DNA of 64,000 nt, from the NCBI GenBank assembly GCA_963677595.1, contig OY782041.1:2336001-2400000 (forward strand), in the 5' to 3' direction. Source of the stretch: Spirochaetia bacterium (GTDB lineage Bacteria > Spirochaetota > Spirochaetia > CAKZLE01). The translations under genes were made by a program, and so were the position numbers. A model generated the notes under the pieces. That model was not told where the DNA came from. It saw only the letters and a program-made list of their open reading frames with translations, and ran no database searches. Each line of letters begins with the position of its first letter. Position 1 is the stretch's first letter. Shown piece after piece: positions 1 to 10,765 of the stretch.

Positions 1-383
1 AAAAGATCAATACCGGGAAGAAGACTCAGGAGACTCGGTATTACATCACCAGTCTCGATGGCGATGCTCAGATCTGCGGAAAAGCGATCCGGGAACATTG
101 GCAGGTCGAGAATTCCCTGCATGGGTTCCTGGATGTGATGTTCTATGATGATGAGAATACTACGGTCAATCGTACGGCTAGCGGCAATCTGTCGCTGGTA
201 AAGAAGATGACCCTTTCTCTGTATAAGATGATGAAGCCCCTTGAGAATTCGAAGACGCTCAGTCAGATCAAGAGAGGCTTCCATTGGGCCTATGAGGACG
301 TTCTTGAGAGGATGTTGAGTATGTGTGATAACCGGACTATTCGCACCGCATTAGATGAGTCCTTGCAGAAACAGAAGAAATAA
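1..383 (+). CDS. ISAs1-family transposase, C-terminal part (5' end outside window)
   Basis: Frame from base 3 reads ETRYYITSL...IREHWQVENSLHGFLDVMFYDD, the ISAs1 HWxxENxLHxxLDV signature; stop at 383. Confidence 0.9.
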   Translation, partial: KINTGKKTQETRYYITSLDGDAQICGKAIREHWQVENSLHGFLDVMFYDDENTTVNRTASGNLSLVKKMTLSLYKMMKPLENSKTLSQIKRGFHWAYEDVLERMLSMCDNRTIRTALDESLQKQKK

Positions 384-570
384 GAGTTCTCATAAGAAAT
401 TCACAGCCCCTTCCTCGATCTCCCCTCCCGATAGGTACTGCTTCAGGCATCGGGAGGGGGCTCTTTGTCAGAGGATGATCATTTTCCTGATTTGAACCAT
501 TCATTCCCTGCGATTATTCAGATTCGTGATCCTGCCCTCAGAGTGTACGCGATTTCATGCGTTTGTCCTG
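1..570 (+). mobile_element. Right end of ISAs1-family IS
   Basis: Transposase tail, 3' hairpin at about 422-460, and terminus catgcgtttgtcctg (556-570) resembling ISAs1 CAGG-type terminal inverted repeats. Confidence 0.7.
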
Positions 571-650
571 TTCAGGATAACTCTCTCTGGACATCATAAA
601 AACAGCAGGGTACAATAAGACACCTCTTAGGGAAAAAGCAAAAAGGCAGT

Positions 651-1997
651 GTGCATATGATCTACAAGATGCTTGAGGAGATCGGGGTCTTCACCCCGGT
701 TGCCGAGACGACCAGCCTCGAGGCCTTCCAGAAGGTCTCGACCAAGAATATCCTCATCTCCCTCATTCGTTCGATCGACCTCTACAATGACCTGCTCAAG
801 GACCACCACCGGAGGACGGCCACGGTCGCCTACCACCTGGGTAACACCTACGGGCTCGACCGGGAGACGATGAAGAACCTCATCCTCGCGGCCTCCCTCC
901 ATGACATCGGGGCGATCTACATCGCCGAGAGAAAGGAACTGCTCCAGTCCGATATCGAGGACCCGTCCCCCCATGAGATCCTGGGAGAGCAGATGCTCAC
1001 CGGATTCACCCCCTTCGAGAGGATCAGCCGGATCGTACGCCACCACCACATCATGTACTCGGATGTCCAGGACGGGACCGTCCCCTCCGAGGAGGTCCCC
1101 ATCGAGTGCTACTTCCTCCACCTCGCTGACCGGATCGACATCCTGGCAGCTCCTGAAGAGTATGCAGCCGATACGATGGCTGATGTCGCCGGTGAGATCC
1201 GTGCGAAGTTCGGCTCTGATTTCGCACCTTTCCTCGAGGAGACCTTCGAGAAGGTCATAGCTTCGAGGAACCTCTATGCTGACATCAGGAAAACCACCTT
1301 CCAGCAGCTGCTCTTCGACTACATCGAGGATGATTTCATATCCCTCTCGAATGATGACATACGCGGGCTCGCGCTCATCTTCTCACGGATCGTGGACTGC
1401 AAGAGTCCCTGGACCTACAGCCACTCCGTCTGTGTCGGGATCCTCGCAAGCCACATCGGCAGGTATGCCGGCTTCGACGATGATACCTGCTTCAAGCTCG
1501 AGATCGCGGGCTTCCTCCATGATATCGGGAAGATCGGCGTACCTGCCGAGCTACTCAACAAGGCCGCCCCGCTGGAGGGGGATGAGTTCGACCAGCTCCA
1601 GCTCCATGTCCACTACACCTCAATCATTCTGAAGTCTCTCGAAGGTTTTAGCACGATCGCCGAGTGGGCGAGCCATCACCATGAGAAGCGGGACAAGACG
1701 GGGTACCCGCTCCACGTCGACTGGGAAGAGGACCTGAGGCAGAACGACATCCTTGCCTTCTCTGACATCCTGACCGCAGTGGTGGAGGACCGTCCCTACC
1801 GGAAGGCCCGCACGAGGGAGGAGATCGTCACCATCCTGGGCGGCCTCTCGCCTGAGCAGCTCGACCAGTCGGTCTGTGACCTGGTGCTGGGGAACCTCGA
1901 TGAGCTTCTGGGCCTGCAGCGTACGGTGCAGGAACACATCAAGCAGTACACGATCTCCAAGCAGTGCTTTATCGACAACCTCAACCGCTTCTCCTGA
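651..1997 (+). CDS. Tandem HD / HD-GYP domain phosphodiesterase
   Basis: Two HDIG motifs (LHDIGA, LHDIGK) and HHEKRDKTGYP. Confidence 0.88.
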   Translation: MHMIYKMLEEIGVFTPVAETTSLEAFQKVSTKNILISLIRSIDLYNDLLKDHHRRTATVAYHLGNTYGLDRETMKNLILAASLHDIGAIYIAERKELLQSDIEDPSPHEILGEQMLTGFTPFERISRIVRHHHIMYSDVQDGTVPSEEVPIECYFLHLADRIDILAAPEEYAADTMADVAGEIRAKFGSDFAPFLEETFEKVIASRNLYADIRKTTFQQLLFDYIEDDFISLSNDDIRGLALIFSRIVDCKSPWTYSHSVCVGILASHIGRYAGFDDDTCFKLEIAGFLHDIGKIGVPAELLNKAAPLEGDEFDQLQLHVHYTSIILKSLEGFSTIAEWASHHHEKRDKTGYPLHVDWEEDLRQNDILAFSDILTAVVEDRPYRKARTREEIVTILGGLSPEQLDQSVCDLVLGNLDELLGLQRTVQEHIKQYTISKQCFIDNLNRFS

Positions 1998-1999
1998 TC

Positions 2000-4900
2000 T
2001 CAGCCGACCCTCCGTGCCCAGGTGAGCGCCTTGGCAGGCAGCGGCTCCCCGAGCTCCCAGAGGATCGACATCGGTTTCGATCCCTGGTGCCTGCGGTAGC
2101 GCAGCGGGCCTGCGAAGAGGTAGGGTGCCGTAAGGCCATTCTCCAGTTGTTTCTTCCTCCTGATGAAGAGGTAGGGGGTATACCCCATCCTCTCATGGTT
2201 GATGTACCGTCTTCCGGTGGCAGTCTCACTTCCCGTCCCTGACTGGCTCTGCCAGTGGAACAGCTTGTCCGTCACGGCATAGTCCTCATACATCGTGGTA
2301 GGGGAGAAGTCTGCCTCATCCTTGTCGATGTCCGCGAAGAAGAGGTCTACCTTCCTCTCGGGTATATGGAGGACACCCTCCCGTGCCGGGGCCGGGTGCT
2401 CGAAACTGCCTTTCCCTGCTGCCAGCAGGATCTGGGCCCTGGAGTAGGACCCGTGGAGGTTGAGTTCCCCGGTCCCGGGGAACTTCCGCTCCCTGATCGG
2501 GTTCCTGTGGATACGCATCCAGTCGATGAGTTCGAGCAGGTCACCCACGATCCCCGGATGGTCCATGACATACTGATGGACCGCATCGAGCGTCCCATCA
2601 CCAGGCTTCTTACTGCCCCATAGCAGGCAGTGGAGGAGCTCGTCGGTCCCGGTAGTACCGGGCTTGCCCTGGAGCAGGTTGCTGAACTGAGCAAGGAGCA
2701 TGGGGTCATCCATGAGCAGGAGCTTCCTGAAGCCCCTGCCCAGGGAGTACTCTCCCTTCCGGAGAGTATCAAGGTCTCTCCTCTCGGTGACTGCGGAGAT
2801 GATCTGCGAGGGTAGGCCCTTGCGGTAGATCGGGTCGGGGTCATCGAGGTGGAAGTAGTCGAGGAGCTGCTGCAGGGAGACCTCTCCCTCGGTTGCCGTG
2901 AGCAGTCTCTCGACCTCCTGGAGGAACCGCTTCCCCCGCATGGTGCTGGCGGTATCGCGGATGGAATCGAGGATGATCTGCTCTGACTGCCGCTCGAGCT
3001 GGATGAAGCAGCCGGTGGGCATGAAGGGCATGCCGGCCTCGATCTGGGTGTCTACCCGCTTCTCAGGCCGCATGCTCAGGGCCCGGAAGCGGGAGATGAA
3101 GTCGAACCGGCGGTTCTGCGGGGCGATGAAGTCCAGGACAGTCAACTGGGACTTGTCGTCATCGAGGCGCAGCCCTCGCCCAAGCTGCTGCAGGAAGATC
3201 GTAAGACTCTCGGTGGGACGGAGGAAGAGGACGGTGTCGACGAAGGGGAGGTCCACCCCCTCGTTGTAGAGGTCCACGGTGAAGATGAAGTTGATCTCCC
3301 TCTTCTTCAGGGACCACTGGACCTTGTCCCTCACGTCCTTTGGTGTTTCAGCGGTAAGGGCCATCGAAGGAACTCCGAGCTCAGTGAACTTCGCTGCCAT
3401 GAAGCGGGCATGGGTGACGCTCACGCAGAAGCCCAGCCCCCGGACCTGCCTGATGTCAGCGACATAGGCGTCGGTCTGGGTCCGTACCCACTGTGCCCGC
3501 CCGTCATTGGAGCCGAGAAGTTCGTCGAGGTCCTGCTGCTGGTAGCCTCCCCGTTTCCAGTCCAGGGATGAGAAGTCGATGCCCGGGGCATCGGGGATCC
3601 CGTAGTAGTGGAAGGGACAGAGCAGGTTCCGCTCCACTGCCTCGGTGAGCCGCAGCTCATGGGTGAAGCTCCCGCCGAAGTCATCCCTGATGTCCCCGCC
3701 GTCGGCCCGTTCCGGTGTGGCGGTCAGCCCGACCAGGGAGAAGGGTTCTATATGGTCTATCAGCCTCTGGTAGGAGGCGGCTGCGGCATGGTGTGCCTCA
3801 TCGAGGACGATGTAGTCGTAATAGTCGGGGGCAAGCGTATCGAGGCCCCTGCTGTTCCAGCTCTGGACGGTGCAGAAGAGGTGGTCGTAGGAGGAGGGTT
3901 CCTTCCCGCCTGCGAGCAGGTCGCCGAAGTCATGGTGCTTGAGGACCTGTGAGAAGGCAAGCTGTGCCTGTTTGAGGATCTCCTCCCGGTGGGCCACGAA
4001 GAGGAGCCTCGGGTGCCCGCCCCACTGTTCACAGAAGGCCTTGTAGTCGAAAGCCGCGACCATCGTCTTGCCCGTCCCCGTGGCGGCGATGATGAGGTGC
4101 TTCGTCCTGCCTGCTGCCCGTTCTGCCGCGATATCCTCGAGGATCGCCTGCTGGAAGGTATGCGGCCTGAGGTCGAAGAAGGGGAGGATGGCCCCGGCCC
4201 CTAGAGTATTCCCCCGTTCTGAGCTGATCGCGGCGATGAACTCGCCGATGTTCTCCTTCGTGCAGGGGGTGAACTCCGTCTCATCTTCCCAGTGTGAGTC
4301 GAAGGTGGCTGCCGCATGCTGCCAGAGGTGGAGGGACTCGAACTGACTGACCTTTGCGGTCCATTCCAGCCCCTCGTTCATGGCTGCCTTCGAGATGTTC
4401 GCCGACCCGATATAGGCTGAGCCGAAGCCGCTCTCCCGGTGGAAGAGGTAGGCCTTGGCATGGAGGCGGGTCCGCTTCGTGTCGAGCGATACCCTGATCT
4501 CCGTGTTGGGCAGCTCCTGCAGGAGCCGCACGGCCTTTATATCGGTAGCCCCCATATAGGAGGTGGTGGCTATACGGAGCCGGGGCCTGCCGTCGGGTGA
4601 GGACTTGCTGGTGAACTCCTGCAGTGCGGGGTAGAGCTGCCTGATGCCGGCGAACTTGATGAAGGAGACGAGCCAGTCCGCCCGGTCGCAGGAGGCGAGC
4701 TCCTTGACCATCTGTGACTGGAGGGAGGGGGTACGGGCCGAGCCGGTCAGCAGGGCCGATTCCGAGAGCCGGGTATCAGGCCGGGGAAGGGAGGCCTGTG
4801 CGAGCTGGTGCTCCCTGATCTGCCCGAGTACCTGCAGGTCCACGGGGAACAGGCGGGAGAGCACCTCATCGAGGAGTCCCGAGGAGTCCCGCTCCCCTGA

Positions 4901-5104
4901 GAGCAGGGCTGCCAGCTCCTTGGAGTCTGCCTGTCTCAGTAGCAGGGAGATCTCCCGTGCCAGCGGCAGGGCAAGGTAGCGGTCGACCTCCTCGAGGGTG
5001 ATCGCATCCCAGCGGGCCTCTCCGGCCTGGCCGGTCTCCTCGAGCAGTCGTTCGAGTTCCCTGGTATGGAGCAGTTCGTATAATCCCGGCGGCAGTCTTT
5101 TCAT
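2000..5104 (-). CDS. PLD nuclease-SF2 helicase-DUF3427 protein (SauUSI-like type IV restriction enzyme)
   Basis: LHAKAYLF...IGSANIS PLD motif, ATGTGKT Walker A, DEAHH, QQLGRGLR, C-terminal YEDYAVTDKLFHWQSQS typical of DUF3427. Confidence 0.85.
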   Translation of the reverse strand: MKRLPPGLYELLHTRELERLLEETGQAGEARWDAITLEEVDRYLALPLAREISLLLRQADSKELAALLSGERDSSGLLDEVLSRLFPVDLQVLGQIREHQLAQASLPRPDTRLSESALLTGSARTPSLQSQMVKELASCDRADWLVSFIKFAGIRQLYPALQEFTSKSSPDGRPRLRIATTSYMGATDIKAVRLLQELPNTEIRVSLDTKRTRLHAKAYLFHRESGFGSAYIGSANISKAAMNEGLEWTAKVSQFESLHLWQHAAATFDSHWEDETEFTPCTKENIGEFIAAISSERGNTLGAGAILPFFDLRPHTFQQAILEDIAAERAAGRTKHLIIAATGTGKTMVAAFDYKAFCEQWGGHPRLLFVAHREEILKQAQLAFSQVLKHHDFGDLLAGGKEPSSYDHLFCTVQSWNSRGLDTLAPDYYDYIVLDEAHHAAAASYQRLIDHIEPFSLVGLTATPERADGGDIRDDFGGSFTHELRLTEAVERNLLCPFHYYGIPDAPGIDFSSLDWKRGGYQQQDLDELLGSNDGRAQWVRTQTDAYVADIRQVRGLGFCVSVTHARFMAAKFTELGVPSMALTAETPKDVRDKVQWSLKKREINFIFTVDLYNEGVDLPFVDTVLFLRPTESLTIFLQQLGRGLRLDDDKSQLTVLDFIAPQNRRFDFISRFRALSMRPEKRVDTQIEAGMPFMPTGCFIQLERQSEQIILDSIRDTASTMRGKRFLQEVERLLTATEGEVSLQQLLDYFHLDDPDPIYRKGLPSQIISAVTERRDLDTLRKGEYSLGRGFRKLLLMDDPMLLAQFSNLLQGKPGTTGTDELLHCLLWGSKKPGDGTLDAVHQYVMDHPGIVGDLLELIDWMRIHRNPIRERKFPGTGELNLHGSYSRAQILLAAGKGSFEHPAPAREGVLHIPERKVDLFFADIDKDEADFSPTTMYEDYAVTDKLFHWQSQSGTGSETATGRRYINHERMGYTPYLFIRRKKQLENGLTAPYLFAGPLRYRRHQGSKPMSILWELGEPLPAKALTWARRVG

Positions 5105-5235
5105 GGTATCAGCTCACGTCTCCTTATGGTATATACACCAGTATACTCTATGGCAGAGTACGGATCCAGGAAAAATGGAGGGTGAACAGCTTGACGTATA
5201 AAGTTGCATATGAAACTATATAGGGTAAGGAGACG

Positions 5236-5709
5236 ATGATGGAACTGTATGAACGGTCGCTCGGAAGGAGCATCAACCATATATCGCGGCTGGTCCACTG
5301 GCTGGTCAGGAACGAGCTCGAAGCCTATGGGGTAGGGAGCGGACAGCATGCGATCATGGTCCTCGTCTACCGGTACCCCGGGATCACCCAGAACGAGATC
5401 AGCTCAAAGGGCTGCGTGGACAAGGCTACCGTGGCCAAGGGGCTGGCACACCTGGAGAAGCTCTCCCTGCTCAGGCGTGAAGCTGACCCGGATGACCGCC
5501 GCCTGAGGCATGTCTACCTCACCGACGCCGGGAGTGAGCTCATGCCGGTAATCATCGCATGCCTGAGGAATGTGACCGATACCTGCTCTGCCGGGCTTAC
5601 ACCGGATGAGACGGACGTGCTCTTCTCCCTGCTGGACAAGGTGGAGCATGCACTGGTCGATTATATCGAGGATACCGGGAGTGAGAGCCGGGAGAAGGGG
5701 AAGAGATGA
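5236..5709 (+). CDS. MarR-family transcriptional regulator
   Basis: wHTH with DPDDRRLRHVYLT wing; overlaps MATE start. Confidence 0.9.
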   Translation: MMELYERSLGRSINHISRLVHWLVRNELEAYGVGSGQHAIMVLVYRYPGITQNEISSKGCVDKATVAKGLAHLEKLSLLRREADPDDRRLRHVYLTDAGSELMPVIIACLRNVTDTCSAGLTPDETDVLFSLLDKVEHALVDYIEDTGSESREKGKR

Positions 5710-7058
5710 CAAAAGCAGAGATCAACCGGACGAGGATCCTCGAGGACCCCATCGGGAAGACCCTGATGCGGCTTGCCGTGCCCATGATCTTCGGTATCCT
5801 CAGTATGGTCGTCTACAACCTTGCCGACACCTTCTTCGTCGGGAGGTTGGGCAATGAGCAGCTGGCCGCCCTCTCGTTCACCTTCCCGGTCGTCATGTTC
5901 GTGGGCTCCATCGCCCTCGGCATCGGGATGGGGACCTCCGCCGTCGTATCCCGAGCGGTGGGGAAGCAGGACTATAAGGCGGTACACCGCCTGGTCTTCG
6001 ACAGCCTGCTGCTCGGTCTGGTCGTCGTGGGGATCCTGGTGGCGGTCGGCCTCTCCACCATCCGCCCGCTCTTCACCCTCCTCGGTGCTGAGGGGCTCAT
6101 CCTCGATTATATCGTAGAGTACATGCAGACCTGGTATATCGGGATGGTCTTCGTGGTGGTCCCGATGGTCGGGAACAATATCATCAGGGCTACCGGGGAC
6201 TCGAAGACCCCCGGGATGGTCATGGTCCTCGGGGCCGCGACCAACTTCACCCTCGACCCGCTGCTAATCTACGGGATCGGGCCCTTCCCCGAACTGGGGA
6301 TCCAGGGTGCTGCCCTGGCTACCGTGATCGGGAGGAGCCTTACCTTCTTCATCGCCCTCTTTGTGCTCATCTTCAGGGAGAAGCTGCTGAAGCTGACGAT
6401 CCCCCGGCTCTCCGAGCTGTGGGCCTCATGGAAGCGGATCCTCTACATAGCCGTACCGAATGCCCTGACGAAGATGATCGTCCCCCTCGGGGCGGGTTTC
6501 ATCACCCGGGTCATCTCCTCCTACGGTCCTGAGGCCGTGGCCGGGTACGGGATCGCGACCCGGGTCGAGTTCTTCGCCCTGGCATCACTCAACGCGCTCT
6601 CCTCGGTGATGGGACCGTTCATCGGGCAGAACCTCGGGGCGGGGAAGACCGAACGGGTCGGGGAGAGCTTCACGGTAAGCAGGCACTTCTCCCTGGCGGT
6701 GGGAGGAGGTGTCTTCATCCTTCTCCTGCTGCTCGCTGATAGGGTCGCCGGGTTCTTCAACACCGACCCGGCGATCATCTCCGTAGCAGCCCTCTACATG
6801 CGGGTCGTCTCTGTAGCCTATGCCGCCCAGGGCTTCTATATGGTCGCCTCCGCAGGGTTGAACGTCATGAACCGACCGCTCCATGCGGCAAGCCTGAGCC
6901 TCATCGAGATGTTCGTGTTATCGGTACCGCTGGCGCTGCTCGGCTCGCGGCTCTTCGGGACGGTGGGGGTATTCAGTGCCCTGTCGGTCAGCTACCTTAC
7001 GACCGGGATCCTGGCATACCTGGTCGTTCGCAGGGTGCTGGCACAGGCAAGAAGCTGA
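5706..7058 (+). CDS. MATE-family efflux transporter
   Basis: 450 aa with about 12 TM segments; YNLADTFFVGRLG, RATGDSKTP, GQNLGAG motifs. Confidence 0.92.
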   Translation: MTKAEINRTRILEDPIGKTLMRLAVPMIFGILSMVVYNLADTFFVGRLGNEQLAALSFTFPVVMFVGSIALGIGMGTSAVVSRAVGKQDYKAVHRLVFDSLLLGLVVVGILVAVGLSTIRPLFTLLGAEGLILDYIVEYMQTWYIGMVFVVVPMVGNNIIRATGDSKTPGMVMVLGAATNFTLDPLLIYGIGPFPELGIQGAALATVIGRSLTFFIALFVLIFREKLLKLTIPRLSELWASWKRILYIAVPNALTKMIVPLGAGFITRVISSYGPEAVAGYGIATRVEFFALASLNALSSVMGPFIGQNLGAGKTERVGESFTVSRHFSLAVGGGVFILLLLLADRVAGFFNTDPAIISVAALYMRVVSVAYAAQGFYMVASAGLNVMNRPLHAASLSLIEMFVLSVPLALLGSRLFGTVGVFSALSVSYLTTGILAYLVVRRVLAQARS

Positions 7059-7077
7059 CTGAGAAGGAGGAGGAACC

Positions 7078-7794
7078 ATGCCTGTTATCGTATCTATCAT
7101 CATCTACTCATTCATCTCCGGGGTCACGGTCTTCATCGGCGGCCTGCTCTCACGCTCCTTCGAGGCGAAGATACCCGAGGGGGTGAAGAAGGAGGAGTTC
7201 ATCCACGCCTCCATCGCCTTCGGCGGGGGGATTATCATCGCCGCGGTGGCCTTCGTGCTGGTCCCGAGGGGGATGGCACAGCTGAGACTCCTGCCCCTGC
7301 TCGTGACTTTCCTCGGCGGGGCAGTCCTCTTCTTCCTGCTCGACCGTGCGATCGAGCGGAAGGGCGGCTCCACGGCACAGATCCTGGCCATGCTGATGGA
7401 CTTCGTCCCGGAGGCGATCGCCCTGGGAGCCGTGTTCGCCCATGACGTGAGGCTGGGACTGCTGCTGGCCCTCTTCATCGGCCTGCAGAACCTTCCCGAG
7501 GCCTTCAACTCGTACCGGGACCTCATCTCTTCGGGGTTCTCCCCCCGGAGCTGCCTGCTCATCATGTTCGGCCTGAGCTTCTCCGGCGTGGCTGCAGCCC
7601 TCCTTGGCTACTACCTCTTAGGCGATGCCCAAAGCCTGATCGCGGGCCTGATGGTGTTTGCCAGCGGCGGTATCCTCTACCTGGTGTTCCAGGACATAGC
7701 GCCCTCGGCCAAGCTGTCGAGGCATTGGATGCCGGCGCTCGGGGCCTGCCTCGGGTTCACCGTGGGGATGGTCGGCCAGAAGCTGCTCGGCTAG
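7078..7794 (+). CDS. ZIP/GufA-family metal transporter
   Basis: Hydrophobic; DFVPEAIALG and QNLPEAF ZIP-like motifs. Confidence 0.8.
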   Translation: MPVIVSIIIYSFISGVTVFIGGLLSRSFEAKIPEGVKKEEFIHASIAFGGGIIIAAVAFVLVPRGMAQLRLLPLLVTFLGGAVLFFLLDRAIERKGGSTAQILAMLMDFVPEAIALGAVFAHDVRLGLLLALFIGLQNLPEAFNSYRDLISSGFSPRSCLLIMFGLSFSGVAAALLGYYLLGDAQSLIAGLMVFASGGILYLVFQDIAPSAKLSRHWMPALGACLGFTVGMVGQKLLG

Positions 7795-7898
7795 GCCGAT
7801 TGCCCCGTATCCCCTGCTTCACTATTTACGAATCCCTGTGCGTATGATACCCTGCTGTGATTTCAGGTACGGGAAAACAGCTGTTTTAGGAGCCGATT

Positions 7899-9266
7899 GT
7901 GAAGATTGTGATACTCGGTGCGGGTAATGTGGGATATACGCTTGCAGAGACCCTGTCAGAGATAGGGCATGATATCGTATTGATCGAGAGCCAGAAAGCC
8001 TATGGCATGCAGATCCAGAATGAGCTCGATATCCAGGTCGTCATCGGGAACGGGTCCAAGCCCGCCGTCCTCATGGAGGCTGGTGTGGGGCAGGATCCGC
8101 CAGTAGACGTACTCATCGCCTGTGCGAACCAGGACGAGGTGAATATCATGGCATGCTGGCAGGCGAAGCACCTCGGTGTCAAGCACGTCATCTCCCGTGC
8201 CATGAGCGAGGAGTATGCCAGCAACCGGCAGTGGGCCGAGATGCTCGGGATCGATGAGATCATCTCCCCCGAGCGGTCGCTCGCACGGAGGATCGAGGAG
8301 ATCCTCACGATCCGCTCTGCCGTCCATACGACCGAGTTCTTTGCCGGTGCAGTCGGTTCCTATGCGTTCCGCATCAGTGACTCCTCGAAGGTCTGCGGGA
8401 TGCGCCTCGGCGACATCACCAGGGAGTTCCCGGAGTTCCAGGCGGTCATCGTCTACGTCGAACGCGGGGACGACGGGTTCATCCCCTCAGGTGATTGGGT
8501 CGCGAAGGAGGGGGACCTCTGCTACCTCATAACCTTCAGGGAGCACAGCTCGAAGATCGAGAAGTTCTTCGTCCATGGCCGTACGAAGCGGCTGAAGCGG
8601 GTCATCATCATCGGCGGCGGGAAGATCGGCACGGCCCTGATCGAGCAGCTCCTCGTGAGCCGTCCCGGCACCGAGATAAAACTGATAGAAGCAGATGAGG
8701 AACTCTGCCACAGCCTGGCGGAACGGTTCCCCGAGATCATCACCCTCGCCGGTGACGGCGCAGATGAGAAACTGCTGCTGCACGAGGGGATAGACAAGGC
8801 CGACGGCTGTGTCTGCGCTACCGGCCTGGATGAGAGGAACCTCATTCTGGCGACGCTTACGAAGAACCTGGGTGTGCACAAGAGCATCGCCGTAGTGAAG
8901 AACAGGACCTACCACAAGGTGGGGAAGAGCCTGCCGGTCGATGCGTCGGTGAACCCGAACGAGACCCTGATCTCGGAGATCCTGCGCTATGTGCAGTACC
9001 CTGACAGTGCCCAGTCCCTCTCCCATATCGGCCGGATCGACTCCGAGATCCTGGAAGTCACCATCTCTGATGAGTCCCCGGTCATCGGGAAGCAGATCGC
9101 GGAGCTGAACCTGCCGAAGGGTGTCGTCTTCGCCATGATCAAGCGTTCGGGGAAGGTGATCCTCCCGAACGGGGCCACCGTCATCAGTGCCGGTGATGTC
9201 ATCCTCATCTTCTCCAAGCATTCTGAGATAGCGAAACTCTCCAAAGTCATGGGGCTCTCCTCATGA
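7899..9266 (+). CDS. trkA: Trk potassium uptake NAD-binding subunit
   Basis: Two RCK_N Rossmann motifs (GAGNVG, GGGKIG) plus RCK_C domains; coupled to trkH. Confidence 0.93.
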   Translation: MKIVILGAGNVGYTLAETLSEIGHDIVLIESQKAYGMQIQNELDIQVVIGNGSKPAVLMEAGVGQDPPVDVLIACANQDEVNIMACWQAKHLGVKHVISRAMSEEYASNRQWAEMLGIDEIISPERSLARRIEEILTIRSAVHTTEFFAGAVGSYAFRISDSSKVCGMRLGDITREFPEFQAVIVYVERGDDGFIPSGDWVAKEGDLCYLITFREHSSKIEKFFVHGRTKRLKRVIIIGGGKIGTALIEQLLVSRPGTEIKLIEADEELCHSLAERFPEIITLAGDGADEKLLLHEGIDKADGCVCATGLDERNLILATLTKNLGVHKSIAVVKNRTYHKVGKSLPVDASVNPNETLISEILRYVQYPDSAQSLSHIGRIDSEILEVTISDESPVIGKQIAELNLPKGVVFAMIKRSGKVILPNGATVISAGDVILIFSKHSEIAKLSKVMGLSS

Positions 9267-10717
9267 AGTTCGGTGTAGTGCTCCGTACCCTGGGGCTGAT
9301 CAGTATCATCATCTCAGCCACGATGCTCTGGCCGATGGGGTGGAGCATCTACTTCTCCGGTCCTGACATCCCGGCCTTCCTGATCAGCATCGCCATTGGT
9401 GTGCTCGGCGGTCTTCTCCTGATGTTCTTCACGAGGAAGTGCAACTACCAGGATATGGGCATCAGGGAGGCCTTTGCCGTGGTGACCCTCTCCTGGGTTG
9501 TGGCATCGGCTGTCGGTGGCCTCCCGTTCTATATCGGGAAGCTGGCCCCGACCTATACCGATGCCTTCTTCGAGGCGATGTCAGGCTTCACCACCACGGG
9601 GGCGACGATCCTGAGCGAGATCGAGTCCCTTCCCAAGGGGCTCCTCTTCTGGCGAAGCCTCACCCACTGGCTCGGCGGCATGGGGATCATCGTGCTCGGC
9701 CTGGCCATCCTGCCCTTCATCGGGGTAGGGGGGATGCAGCTCTACAAGGCAGAGGTCCCCGGGCCGACCCCGGAGAAGCTCACCCCCAGGATCCAGCAGA
9801 CAGCCATGCTGCTGTGGGGTGCCTATGTGGCTCTTTCGGTCGCCGAGGTCATCGCCCTGCTGCTCTGCGGCATGAACTTCTACGATTCACTCACCCATAC
9901 CTTCGGGACGGTAGCGACCGGGGGGTTCTCCCCGAGGAATGCGAGCATCGCAGCCTACGGCAGTCCCCTGATCGAATGGGTCATCACCGTCTTCATGTTC
10001 CTTGCCGGGACCAACTTCGTCCTCCACTACATGGCACTCAAGGGAAAGCTCTCCGCCTTCTGGAAGGATGAGGAGTTCCGCTTCTACACCCGGTTCACGG
10101 TGATCACGATCGCTGTCGTTTCCCTGGTCAACCTTGGCCTCCATAGCGGGGATCCGGTATCAAAGGTCATCCGGGATGCGAGCTTCCAGGTCGTGAGTAT
10201 CATGACCACCACCGGGTACACGACCGTCGATTACGCGATCTGGCCGGTGGCGGCGAAGTTCATCCTGCTGCTGCTCATGTTCTTCGGGGGCTGTTCCGGG
10301 TCTACCGGCGGGTCGATCAAGCAGATGCGTATCCAGATCATGTTCAAGCGGATCAAGAAGGAGATCAACCAACTGCTCCACCCGCAGCAGATCATGAAGA
10401 TCCGCTTCAACAACCAGGTGCTGCAGCCCTATGAGGTGAGTTCGGTCACCTCCTTCGTCCTGCTCTATGTGATGCTGTTCGTCATCTTCTCGCTGGTCAT
10501 GATCATCGTCAGCGGGCTCGACCTGGTATCTGGTGCGGCGAGTGTCGCAGCGACGCTCGGGAATATCGGCCCGGGCCTCGGGGCGGTCGGCCCGGTCATG
10601 AACTACGGGTTCATCAACATCGCCGGGAAGTGGATCCTCTCGTTCTGCATGCTCTTGGGAAGGCTTGAGATCTTCTCAGTCATCATGCTCTTCGTACCGG
10701 GGATCTGGAGGAAATAG
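9263..10717 (+). CDS. trkH: Trk potassium uptake membrane subunit
   Basis: FEAMSGFTTTGAT, HWLGGMG, TTTGY, GSTGG, GRLE motifs. Confidence 0.95.
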   Translation: MKFGVVLRTLGLISIIISATMLWPMGWSIYFSGPDIPAFLISIAIGVLGGLLLMFFTRKCNYQDMGIREAFAVVTLSWVVASAVGGLPFYIGKLAPTYTDAFFEAMSGFTTTGATILSEIESLPKGLLFWRSLTHWLGGMGIIVLGLAILPFIGVGGMQLYKAEVPGPTPEKLTPRIQQTAMLLWGAYVALSVAEVIALLLCGMNFYDSLTHTFGTVATGGFSPRNASIAAYGSPLIEWVITVFMFLAGTNFVLHYMALKGKLSAFWKDEEFRFYTRFTVITIAVVSLVNLGLHSGDPVSKVIRDASFQVVSIMTTTGYTTVDYAIWPVAAKFILLLLMFFGGCSGSTGGSIKQMRIQIMFKRIKKEINQLLHPQQIMKIRFNNQVLQPYEVSSVTSFVLLYVMLFVIFSLVMIIVSGLDLVSGAASVAATLGNIGPGLGAVGPVMNYGFINIAGKWILSFCMLLGRLEIFSVIMLFVPGIWRK

Positions 10718-10765
10718 CTGGAGGGAAGGGTTCCCTTCCCCCAGCCAATGACGTTACCCTGATCC

